A stretch of DNA of 57,075 nucleotides from a virus (taxonomy: Duplodnaviria > Caudoviricetes): positions 1 to 57,075 of the IMG/VR virus record IMGVR_UViG_3300037502_003070, one strand, 5' to 3'. The notes below the pieces were generated by a model. That model saw nothing but the letters and a program-made list of their open reading frames with translations. It made no database searches and had not been told where the DNA came from. The first letter of the stretch is position 1, and every line of letters starts with the position of its first letter. A program made the translations under genes and the position numbers. Shown one piece after another: positions 48,739-57,075 of the stretch.

Positions 48739-49344
48739 ATGGCAAAGCGTAGCCTCACCACCCCAACCGCTGACGATCTTGCAGACAGCGGACGCCTCGA
48801 CACTCCGGGCGTGTATCATGTTCTGGTGAAGTCGGTCAAAGATATGGAAAAGATCAACGGCGAAGCCGGGGAGGGCTTTACGGTTGAACTCCAAGTCCTA
48901 GCCGGCCCGCAGCAGGACAAGACAATCAAGCAATGGTTCTCGGACGGCCAGCCATCGGACCGTGACGGCGGGGAATTCGCACGCAAGCGGCAGACGGTTT
49001 TTCTGATTGCCGCGAACGTGATTACACCGGTCCAGCTTAACGGCGAAGCGGTTGAATTCGATCCGGAAGAGGCGAGCGGATCACAATTGGTCGTGAAATT
49101 CAAGTCGAACGAATACACGAACAAAAAAGGCGAAAAGGCCACCTCGATCGAAGTTGCCTATCTCGACATTTTCCACGTTGACGACCCGCGAAAACCTGCT
49201 TGCGACATTAACGCCGGCGCGTTGAACCTGATCGACAAAAAGCTTCGTCGAGACGCGACGTTTTTTGCCCCGCTTGCGTCTTCGTCGAGTCGATCGAGCA
49301 AGCCGGCACCACCGGCCCAAACGTTCGATTCTTCGGACCTATAA
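48739..49344 (+). CDS. SSB-like protein (DUF669-like)
   Basis: PGVYHV.V, OB-like strands, acidic tail FDSSDL; synteny. Confidence 0.6.
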   Translation: MAKRSLTTPTADDLADSGRLDTPGVYHVLVKSVKDMEKINGEAGEGFTVELQVLAGPQQDKTIKQWFSDGQPSDRDGGEFARKRQTVFLIAANVITPVQLNGEAVEFDPEEASGSQLVVKFKSNEYTNKKGEKATSIEVAYLDIFHVDDPRKPACDINAGALNLIDKKLRRDATFFAPLASSSSRSSKPAPPAQTFDSSDL

Positions 49345-49365
49345 AGGCCCGTCCTCACCGTCTTA

Positions 49366-49434
49366 GCGCCGCCGGGGAGCAAGTGAGGGCTCCAGCCGTG
49401 TTCATGCTCCCACGGCACCGGCGGCGCGTTTTTT
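49366..49434 (+). terminator. Branched hairpin with U-tract
   Basis: Closing stem GCGCCGCCGG/CCGGCGGCGC, two inner hairpins, then GTTTTTT. Confidence 0.6.
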
Positions 49435-49530
49435 GCCAGCCATAAGGCTAGGCGGTTGGACCTCCGAAAAGCCGCCGCGTTCCGTTTGTTAAGCCAGCGC
49501 GGCGACCTGCCTTTTTATGGATTTTTTGCG

Positions 49531-49770
49531 ATGGCATTCAGAGATTACCAGACAAAGCCGAAGGGTGACGAAATCCGAATTCGATTGGACAGCGGCGCCA
49601 ACATCCAAAGCGAAAATTGGGAAATAGTCTTGCCTCCCGATCTTGGTTTTGACACCAAGGTCGACTGGGACGCTGCCAGCGAAGACGAAAAGCTCAAGGC
49701 TGTTCAAGAGTATTTTTATGGCAATGGTTACCCCGATTGGTCATGGGATGACGAAAGCACCGCAAAATAG
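49531..49770 (+). CDS. Small acidic hypothetical protein
   Basis: Start MAFRDY. Confidence 0.55.
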   Translation: MAFRDYQTKPKGDEIRIRLDSGANIQSENWEIVLPPDLGFDTKVDWDAASEDEKLKAVQEYFYGNGYPDWSWDDESTAK

Positions 49771-49782
49771 GAATTTTTTACG

Positions 49783-50124
49783 ATGGACCTCGACTCGCCA
49801 ATTAACGTCCAAAAGTTTCAGGACAAAGCCGCAAACACCGTTGACGATTTACTGAGCCTTCAAGGGCCGAACGGCGCGTCCGCGGTCGATCGAATTCAAA
49901 TTGAAGCCCGAAAGCTGGTCGAAGCCCGCAAGTCGGGCGATCTGCCCGGCGCCGTCGCATCGTCGGCCCTGATCACCGTTTTTCTGTCGTCGGTTTTGCA
50001 CGATTGCGGTTTCGAGCTTGAACGGGCAATGGCGATGGGGTTGTGGTCGATCGAGCACGAAATTGCGTTTTTAAGTCGAGACGAAGCGCCGCTATCCAAT
50101 CAAATTCGGATGCCGAGGGGATGA
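49783..50124 (+). CDS. Hypothetical helical protein
   Basis: 113 aa; ATGA overlap with the methylase. Confidence 0.5.
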   Translation: MDLDSPINVQKFQDKAANTVDDLLSLQGPNGASAVDRIQIEARKLVEARKSGDLPGAVASSALITVFLSSVLHDCGFELERAMAMGLWSIEHEIAFLSRDEAPLSNQIRMPRG

Positions 50125-51437
50125 AGCCGCACTTTGAAAGCGAATCGGCGACCATTTATCACGGCGATCGTCTGGACGTGTTGCGGTCAATTCCGGACTG
50201 TAGCGTCGATTCCGTCGTCACCGATCCACCTTACGGATTAAGGTTTATGAATAAGCGATGGGATTGCGACGTCCCACCTGTTGAAGTTTGGCAAGAGTGC
50301 TTACGAGTGCTCAAGCCCGGCGGGCATTTACTATCGTTTTCAGGAACACGAACGCAGCATCGGATGGCGGTTCGAATTGAAGACGCTGGATTTGAGATCC
50401 GGGACATGATCGCTTGGATTTACGGATCGGGTTTCCCTAAGTCGCTGGATGTCAGCAAGGCCATCGACAAGGCAGCGGGCGCGGAGCGGGAGGTGATCGG
50501 CGAGAAATTAACCGGCAAAGCGCGAACCGATGACGGGTGGAATGGTGGCCAGCAGATAGTGCCTGTGACAGCCCCCGCCACCGACGCCGCCCGGCAATGG
50601 CAAGGCTGGGGAACCGCTCTAAAGCCAGCACTAGAGCCGATCACCGTAGCCCGCAAGCCGCTAATCGGGACGGTCGCCGAAAACGTTTTGGCGCATGGCA
50701 CGGGGGCAATCAATGTCGATGGGTGCAGGGTGACGATTGACGCTTCCGACAATGATTATCGGAAAAATTGCTCCGGCGATCGCGGCCACGAAGGAACAAG
50801 GAACAAATCAGAAACGGGATTCACCAGCATCAGAACCGGCGGCGGATCGTCTTCATTTGGCCGATGGCCAGCAAACCTAATACACGACGGAAGCGACGAG
50901 GTTTTATCCTGCTTCCCGCAGTCAAGCGGCCAGCAGGGCGACGTGACCGGAAGCGAGCCGAGCCACACGGGGACAGCGAATTGCTACGGCGAATATGGAA
51001 GAATTCCGGCAATGAAGCGGGGCGATTCCGGGTCAGCCGCTCGATTTTTTTATTGCTCAAAGGCCAGCAATAAAGACCGAAATGACGGAATGAACGGGGC
51101 GGAAGATAAAGTCCTGGCGAGATCAAATCAGGCACAGGCAGAAGCTTCCAGGGGGAATACTGTCGAGAAGTCCGGTGGGGCGTACAACAAACCTAGAATC
51201 CGGAAAAATAATCATCCGACTGTAAAGCCGACGGATCTGATGCGTTATTTATGCCGACTCGTAACTCCCCCTGGCGGCATTGTAATTGATCCGCACATGG
51301 GATCGGGATCGACCGGCCGCGGTGCGATTCTAGAAGGGTTTCGGTTTATCGGAATCGACAACGAATTCCCATATTGTGAAATTGCGATTCGAAGGATCCT
51401 TGCTTCGATCAAGGAAAGACGGTCGAAGCTGTTTTAG
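50121..51437 (+). CDS. DNA N6-adenine/N4-cytosine methyltransferase (beta class)
   Basis: VTDPPY, HPTVKP, DPHMGSGSTG; no cognate restriction nuclease adjacent. Confidence 0.92.
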   Translation: MKPHFESESATIYHGDRLDVLRSIPDCSVDSVVTDPPYGLRFMNKRWDCDVPPVEVWQECLRVLKPGGHLLSFSGTRTQHRMAVRIEDAGFEIRDMIAWIYGSGFPKSLDVSKAIDKAAGAEREVIGEKLTGKARTDDGWNGGQQIVPVTAPATDAARQWQGWGTALKPALEPITVARKPLIGTVAENVLAHGTGAINVDGCRVTIDASDNDYRKNCSGDRGHEGTRNKSETGFTSIRTGGGSSSFGRWPANLIHDGSDEVLSCFPQSSGQQGDVTGSEPSHTGTANCYGEYGRIPAMKRGDSGSAARFFYCSKASNKDRNDGMNGAEDKVLARSNQAQAEASRGNTVEKSGGAYNKPRIRKNNHPTVKPTDLMRYLCRLVTPPGGIVIDPHMGSGSTGRGAILEGFRFIGIDNEFPYCEIAIRRILASIKERRSKLF

Positions 51438-51471
51438 TGAACCGCAAGCAAGGTTTAACCAAGAAAAACCA

Positions 51472-51765
51472 ATGACCAGCAAATTAAACCAGTCCGATAG
51501 AGCCGTCTTGTCGTTGCTCGAAGCCGGAAACGGCGCGTTCGTTACTTGCGAATCCGGGCCGGTTGGTCGGGCAAGGGTCGTCATAAGGCTTCCGAGCGTC
51601 GAGCACGCCCAGGCGTTTCATCAAGCGCTGATCAAATGCGGCGACGCTGCCAGGGGGTTGATACAAGACGAAGTTCGAGAGCAGGAAAAACAATCGATGG
51701 CAACTCCGATTGTTTACAGGGTGCAGCCGACGAACGACGGCGAACAACAATACGAGAAAGGTTAA
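51472..51765 (+). CDS. Hypothetical protein
   Basis: Start MTSKLN. Confidence 0.5.
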   Translation: MTSKLNQSDRAVLSLLEAGNGAFVTCESGPVGRARVVIRLPSVEHAQAFHQALIKCGDAARGLIQDEVREQEKQSMATPIVYRVQPTNDGEQQYEKG

Positions 51766-51771
51766 GCAAAA

Positions 51772-52242
51772 ATGTCAGACGAAAACTGGCCAGAATACAA
51801 AGCTAGCGATTTGGCTGAATCGATTAAAACTTCGATCGACAAAGCCAAAAAGTCGATCGGACTCAATTCGCAATTCACCTTAAAGCCAGTGGTAGCCAAG
51901 CCGATTGAAGGATTGAGGGGGACGGGCCGGACCACAAAAATGCTGGCGGTGGCCAAGAATCTTGTGGCCGAGAACCCGAACCGAAGAATTGTCGTGGTAA
52001 TGGGTAATTCCGCAGAAGCAAACAAAGCGAGAATTTTACTTCCAGAGAAAATTAAAGTAATTCACGAACAAAACAGCGAGTGGTGTTGGAAAGAAAGAAG
52101 AATTCGCGGATTTGACAGAGAAACGGTTTACTTAATTGATCACTATGCAATTGAAAAAATGTTGAGAAGGGAGTTTGGCGATTTAATTGACCTGCTCCAC
52201 GAACACGATCCAGAGACGATGTTTCTTCGGTATCAGCGATAG
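51772..52242 (+). CDS. P-loop-like hypothetical protein
   Basis: RGTGRTTKML and YLIDH; AT-rich. Confidence 0.55.
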   Translation: MSDENWPEYKASDLAESIKTSIDKAKKSIGLNSQFTLKPVVAKPIEGLRGTGRTTKMLAVAKNLVAENPNRRIVVVMGNSAEANKARILLPEKIKVIHEQNSEWCWKERRIRGFDRETVYLIDHYAIEKMLRREFGDLIDLLHEHDPETMFLRYQR

Positions 52243-52317
52243 AAATTACTTGCTAACCTGTCCCCGCCGAATGCGTAAAACGGCACCTCCGCAACACCCG
52301 AACCCCAGAGCAGTCCG

Positions 52318-54957
52318 ATGAGCACCCTCGAAATAATCGCCCGATATCAGGGCGAGCGTATGCGCTGGCCGATCGACGACCCGGAATCGCCGGGGGATTT
52401 TACCCTGATCGGTCTGGCGGCCGTCTGCGAACAATCGCGGGAAATCTGCAAAGCCGCCGGGATCGACACCGACGAGCCGGTCACGATCAAAGGAATTGCA
52501 AACGACGAAGACTTGGAGCGAAACGGCTCTTACCGTTTTTTCGGCTCGTTTTCGTACTACACAAACCGCCGGACCGGCGACCGTGAAAAGCAATTTCACT
52601 TCCGCTCGTTTACCCGCCATGTTCCGCACGATCCGGACGGCCTAGCCGACTATCTAGCCGCGGCCGGAAAGGGGAACGGGATCGGCCACCGAAAAGCGAT
52701 GGCGTTAGTTAAGGCGTTCGGTTGCGAATCGGTTCTGTCGAAATGCAAAGAGGACGTTGCCGCGGTAATGGCCGAGACTGGGATCAAGGAAGATCAGGCG
52801 AAAGCGTTTGCCGAATTGCTCAGAGCCCGCCAAGCGACCGAGAATTCCACCCTGGAAGTCGAGCGGATTTTAGCGAAGAAGAAATTCCCCCGCGCCCTAA
52901 CGCGCAAGCTGATAAAGACCTGGGGCGCTGAGGCCCCGCAGCGAATCCATGACGACCCGTTCTCGTTGATGCAGTTCCGCGGGGTCGGGTTCTTGCTTGC
53001 CGATCGCCTCTGGGTCGATTTAGGCAAAGACCCCGCAGCAATTCGCCGACAGTCCGCGTATATCTGGCATGAGGTTCACACGTCGCGAGACGGCCACGCA
53101 TGGCACGACGTAGAGACGATCGCCGCGAAACTCCGTCGAGCGATCGGCGTAAAGGCCAGCCCCCGCGACGCGATACTTTTTGGTAAGGAAATCTTTGCGA
53201 AATCGCCGAACGAGTTTGGAGCGATCGCGACTGCTCGGAGTGATTTGAGCGGCCGATACGATCCGAAGGGAGGTAAGGTTTGGGTCGCTGATGGAAAGGA
53301 CGAAGAATCCGAGCGGTGGGTCGCCGATTTGGTTTCGGCCGCGGTAACGGAAGTCCGGCCGGTCTATTATTACCGCCAGGACGAGCCCCGGACCACGACA
53401 GCGAAGATACTTGATTCGGCGCGTTGCCAGCGATGTTATCGGCCGCTTACCGCCCCCGATATTCACGTCTTGCACGGTCGACCGTATGGCCCGACGTGCA
53501 TCACGCACGTTGACCCGAAAGGGACCGCGGAAATCGTCACCCAAGAAGAATGGAACGAACGAAACGAGATCGGGCCGCAAGAAGTCACGCCGGCGAAGCT
53601 GGTTAGCGTCCCCGAAGTATCGCTCTGGCCGGACGAATCGGAAATCGAGGGGATAAGCGATCATCAGCGAGAGCAAATCGGCAAGTCGCTGACTGCCAGG
53701 GTGGGTTTACTCGGGGGCTCGCCGGGGACCGGAAAAACGTACACGATTGCGGCGCTGATTAAGGCGATCGCGAAAAGCGGCCGGGTGCCGCTCGACCAAA
53801 TCGCGATTGGAGCACCGACCGGGAAAGCCGCCGTCCGATTGACCGAATCGCTGCACGCTTTTGGGCTCAGCGTCTACGCTCGAACCTGGCATTCCCTCCT
53901 GGGAGTCGCAAAGGCCGGCGACGGAGAATCGGAAGAATGGGGGTTCGTTCACGGGCTAAAACAGCCGTGGAGCTATCGAGTAATAATCGGCGACGAAACC
54001 TCGATGGTTCCGGCCGGGCTAATGGCGTCGATCCTCAAAGCCCGGCCGAACGGCTGCCACGCTCTTTTTGTGGGCGACGCAAATCAACTCGCCCCTGTCG
54101 GGGTTGGCGCCCCATTTCGCGATTTCATCGGGGCCGGTCTGGCATACGGCGAACTTCGCGAAATCAAGCGCAACTCCGGCGGCATCGTCGAAGCCTGCGC
54201 CGACATTCGCGACCGACGGCCGTGGGCCGCGAATTACTGCGACCCCGGCCAAAACCTTTGGATCACCGGTGACCGCACGCCAGCAAGTCAAATCGCAAGA
54301 ATTCTGTCACTGATTGAAAACTGCCCTGGTGATCCGGTTTGGGATTGCCAAGTTTTAACCGCAGTCAACCAGCGGTCGGAGCTATCGCGCGAAGTTTTAA
54401 ATCATATCCTTCAGGATCGTCTAAACCCGAATCCGCCGGTCGAAGGAACCGACTTTAGAATCGGCGATAAAGTCGTCTGTCTTTCGAACGGCGGATACGA
54501 TCCGACCGACGACACCGAATCAGAGGGCCAAATCTACGTTGCCAACGGCGAGATCGGCCGGGTTCGTGAAATCATGCCGGGCCGGATGATCGTAACGCTC
54601 GAATCCGGCGAGCGAGATAAATCAATCGTTGTTTTACGCGGACCGAAGAGTACCGAAGGCGATGCGACCAACGGTTGCCCGTGGGATCTTGCTTACGCCA
54701 TGAGCGTTCACAAGTACCAAGGAAGCGAACAGAAAACGGTTATCGGAGTTTTGGATAACTATTTCGGCGCGAAGATGCTCTGCGATCGGGCTTGGATTTA
54801 TACGCTGATCAGCCGGGCTAAGCACTTTTGCCAGCTAGTCGGGACAAAGGAAACCGCCGAGCTATTTTGCAAGGTTTCCCGAATGCACTTGCGAAAAACA
54901 TTTCTTGCCGATCGCATTCGCGAGAAGCTTTACTCACATGACGCGGAAGGGTTGTAA
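52318..54957 (+). CDS. recD2: RecD2-like SF1B helicase
   Basis: HhH N-terminal region, GSPGTGKT, APTGKAA, DETSMV, GDANQL, AYAMSVHKYQGSE, YTLISRAK. Confidence 0.92.
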   Translation: MSTLEIIARYQGERMRWPIDDPESPGDFTLIGLAAVCEQSREICKAAGIDTDEPVTIKGIANDEDLERNGSYRFFGSFSYYTNRRTGDREKQFHFRSFTRHVPHDPDGLADYLAAAGKGNGIGHRKAMALVKAFGCESVLSKCKEDVAAVMAETGIKEDQAKAFAELLRARQATENSTLEVERILAKKKFPRALTRKLIKTWGAEAPQRIHDDPFSLMQFRGVGFLLADRLWVDLGKDPAAIRRQSAYIWHEVHTSRDGHAWHDVETIAAKLRRAIGVKASPRDAILFGKEIFAKSPNEFGAIATARSDLSGRYDPKGGKVWVADGKDEESERWVADLVSAAVTEVRPVYYYRQDEPRTTTAKILDSARCQRCYRPLTAPDIHVLHGRPYGPTCITHVDPKGTAEIVTQEEWNERNEIGPQEVTPAKLVSVPEVSLWPDESEIEGISDHQREQIGKSLTARVGLLGGSPGTGKTYTIAALIKAIAKSGRVPLDQIAIGAPTGKAAVRLTESLHAFGLSVYARTWHSLLGVAKAGDGESEEWGFVHGLKQPWSYRVIIGDETSMVPAGLMASILKARPNGCHALFVGDANQLAPVGVGAPFRDFIGAGLAYGELREIKRNSGGIVEACADIRDRRPWAANYCDPGQNLWITGDRTPASQIARILSLIENCPGDPVWDCQVLTAVNQRSELSREVLNHILQDRLNPNPPVEGTDFRIGDKVVCLSNGGYDPTDDTESEGQIYVANGEIGRVREIMPGRMIVTLESGERDKSIVVLRGPKSTEGDATNGCPWDLAYAMSVHKYQGSEQKTVIGVLDNYFGAKMLCDRAWIYTLISRAKHFCQLVGTKETAELFCKVSRMHLRKTFLADRIREKLYSHDAEGL

Positions 54958-55457
54958 TGCAGATTTACGCTTTAAATGGTTACCTCTACCAGATCGAACC
55001 GCGGCTAAAGCCCGCCTTGGCGGATTATGTCGTGCAGTTCCCATATCACGCAAACTGGACCCCGAGACGGGCAGAGGCGTTATCGGCGACGATTCGGAGC
55101 CCTTGCATCCTGATTGGATTTTCCGACGGGGCCGACGCGGCGGCCAGGATTGCGAAATCAAACCAGAATGTTAAAGCCCTGTTTTTTCACTCCGGATTAG
55201 ACAGCGGGATAAAGCTTCCCGATTCGGTCGATTTTGTCGCGTATCGGACGACCGGCGATCGTACACCGACCTACCAGCAAACTAAGCGGTTTTACTGGCG
55301 GCAGAGAGACGGGGTGATGGTCGAACTCGCTCCCGTTGCGTTTGACGATCCGACCCGATTTGAGCGGACGTTCTTGAATCCGCTTGGCCATCAGTTTCAC
55401 AACGCGATCCCGCATTTAGTTTCGGCGATCGGGGAGGTCATGAAAAAATGGTCCTAG
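54957..55457 (+). CDS. Small alpha/beta-hydrolase-like protein
   Basis: IGFSDGA nucleophile elbow, GD and GH motifs. Confidence 0.6.
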   Translation: MQIYALNGYLYQIEPRLKPALADYVVQFPYHANWTPRRAEALSATIRSPCILIGFSDGADAAARIAKSNQNVKALFFHSGLDSGIKLPDSVDFVAYRTTGDRTPTYQQTKRFYWRQRDGVMVELAPVAFDDPTRFERTFLNPLGHQFHNAIPHLVSAIGEVMKKWS

Positions 55458-56245
55458 ACTCGAAATTCAAAATTCTGGTTGACCATTTTGGGATTCTTGA
55501 TCCCGAAGATTGGCAGGCGATCCGGCCGTCGGAAATATCGGCCGTTCCGTCAATCGGACCGTCGACGCTAAATCACTTGCGGGTGATGCTGGCGAACCGC
55601 GGTTTAACTTTATTAGAAGATCAAACCCCCGAACACTGGCAAGCGGAATTGGGGCTAAAGCGAGGGGCGACGGAGATATCGCAAACCGATAACACGATCG
55701 CTTCGGAATTTCGAATTTTGATCGACACAAGAGAACAAAATCCGTTCACCTTTGCAGGAATTAAGGCCGACGCCCGCCAGGGTGGAAAACCCATCCTGGT
55801 GGCCACCGAGCGGGCTACGCTTGGCGAATCGCACGGAGATTACACCGTTCCGGAATTGATCGACTATTGCCATATCGAGCGAAAGAGCCGAGAAGATTGC
55901 TGGGGAACCGTACTTGGCTGGGGCGATCGCCGGGAAGCATTTCAACGAACGCTTGAATACCTAGCGGAGATCCCGGTCGGGCTCGTCGTCGTTGAAGCGA
56001 CATGGGGCGATTGTCTAAATAACATGCCCGAGCACGGCACCCGTACAAAATCTAGTAATCAGAAGATTTTTAATCGGCAAGTGTTAGCATGGGGTCAAGA
56101 TTACGGGGTCCAGTGGCATTTTTTTGACGATAGACGATTGGCCGAAGTTAATACATTCAGGATCCTCGAAAGACAATGGAGGAAGCAAAAAGAAGCACAG
56201 AAAAGAGCACAAAAAGAAGCAAGCGAAACCGATTACGAACTATAG
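55448..56245 (+). CDS. ERCC4/XPF-family nuclease with N-terminal HhH-like domain
   Basis: IDTREQ, GDY, IERKS..D. Confidence 0.85.
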   Translation: MVLDSKFKILVDHFGILDPEDWQAIRPSEISAVPSIGPSTLNHLRVMLANRGLTLLEDQTPEHWQAELGLKRGATEISQTDNTIASEFRILIDTREQNPFTFAGIKADARQGGKPILVATERATLGESHGDYTVPELIDYCHIERKSREDCWGTVLGWGDRREAFQRTLEYLAEIPVGLVVVEATWGDCLNNMPEHGTRTKSSNQKIFNRQVLAWGQDYGVQWHFFDDRRLAEVNTFRILERQWRKQKEAQKRAQKEASETDYEL

Positions 56246-56274
56246 ACCGAATCCCTCACACAAAAGCCCAAACA

Positions 56275-57075
56275 ATGAAAAGAACATTACAGCCAGGAAA
56301 GATTGTCAAATCACAAGCCCCACAGGTGGAACCGGCCGCCGAAGCAAAGCTTGAAGCAAAGCCCGACGCGAACGCCAAGCCGGCGATCGTCGGCGTCAAT
56401 TTTCTGGACGAAATCTACAGCGATCAGAAGTTGATTTTGACCCTGCAAACGAAGATAGCCGGGTTGGTCGAGCAGATCGAAACCACGAAAACCCAGCTAT
56501 CCGAAGCAATGACTAAGCAGGCCCGATTCTTGAGGTCGCTGCCGGCCGCGGTGATTGCGGCTCACGAAGGCCGAAACGTCGATGACGTTCAACAGGAGAT
56601 TGACGGCGCGGTGATGGACGGAGCCCGCGTCATTTATCGCGGCACAACGATTAAAGGCGAAGGATCGATAATCGGCACGGCGATAGAATCCGGCGAACCC
56701 CAGGAGCTTATCAAGGTTGCCACCCCGCCGCCGATCGTCGTCACCGAATCGGAACCGGCCGGCGGGTCGGTTGTCGCCAAGTCCGCACTCGATACCCCGG
56801 CCGTTAGTAGTACCGAGCCCTACCCCGAAGGCTGGAACGAAATCCCGACGCAATCGATCCTGGCCGATGTTCGCGGGTTAGGCCCGAATCGGATTGACGC
56901 CATCGTCGAAAAATTTCCGAAGCTTTCCGACCTGCACAACTCGCGAGTTTTGGCCGAGTCGCAAAGCCGATTTTGGTACAACGAATTCCCGAAAGGCACG
57001 GGAAAAAATATCGTCGCCCGAATTGCGGAATTGATGGACCGGCTCAAGACCGAGCAAAGCGAACCAGAGGCCGAA
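56275..57075 (+). CDS. Hypothetical protein (partial) with coiled coil and HhH-like motif
   Basis: Read manually: MKRTLQPGK...VRGLGP; open to the window end. Confidence 0.65.
   Translation, partial: MKRTLQPGKIVKSQAPQVEPAAEAKLEAKPDANAKPAIVGVNFLDEIYSDQKLILTLQTKIAGLVEQIETTKTQLSEAMTKQARFLRSLPAAVIAAHEGRNVDDVQQEIDGAVMDGARVIYRGTTIKGEGSIIGTAIESGEPQELIKVATPPPIVVTESEPAGGSVVAKSALDTPAVSSTEPYPEGWNEIPTQSILADVRGLGPNRIDAIVEKFPKLSDLHNSRVLAESQSRFWYNEFPKGTGKNIVARIAELMDRLKTEQSEPEAE

Larger units (their letters stand above)
1..57075. mobile_element. Tailed bacteriophage genome segment (siphovirus-like, Mu-type head genes), probable Planctomycete host
   Basis: Ordered terminase-portal-protease-capsid-connector-tail modules plus a divergent replication/recombination arm; no host housekeeping genes; right end cuts an ORF. 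Confidence 0.93.

Noticed and set aside
49366-49434. tRNA
   Set aside because: Only two inner arms; no anticodon arm, canonical T-loop or CCA
50121-51437. Restriction-modification system
   Set aside because: Orphan methylase of a common phage type; no adjacent restriction nuclease
181-53701. Identifying the 10-mer as E. coli Chi (GCTGGTGG) or KOPS (GGGNAGGG)
   Set aside because: It matches neither consensus; only an analogy
1-57075. Integrase, transposase, att sites or CI repressor
   Set aside because: None recognisable, so lifestyle cannot be assigned from this window

Overview
The whole window looks like most of a tailed dsDNA phage genome. The host is probably a Planctomycete (inferred from a planctomycete-type cytochrome c domain, dense CGATCG and Cys/Pro-rich exported proteins). 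Bases ~719-45786 are encoded almost entirely on the - strand. In transcription order they hold a primase-helicase and small genes, an iteron-rich origin-like region, an operon of exported proteins (two c-type cytochromes plus a matrixin with a cysteine switch), TerS/TerL, a KTSC-like gene, a DUF935 portal, a holin-like and LamG/fibre block, two modular cargo proteins (857 and 2128 aa), protease-scaffold, decoration protein, major capsid, DUF1320 connector, tail tube, frameshifted chaperone, a short tape measure and Cys-rich tail-tip proteins. Bases 46014-57075 are a + strand recombination/modification arm (GNAT, 3'-5' exonuclease, RecT-like, SSB-like, DNA methylase, RecD2, ERCC4 nuclease). I saw no integrase, classical endolysin, tRNA or CRISPR. 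Most notable are a dispersed 10-mer RCTRCCAGGG (25 exact copies by manual count), a putative protease-processed capsid cargo polyprotein system, the cytochrome c/matrixin operon and a candidate -1 frameshift in the RecT-like gene. Family names come from motif recognition, not database searches.
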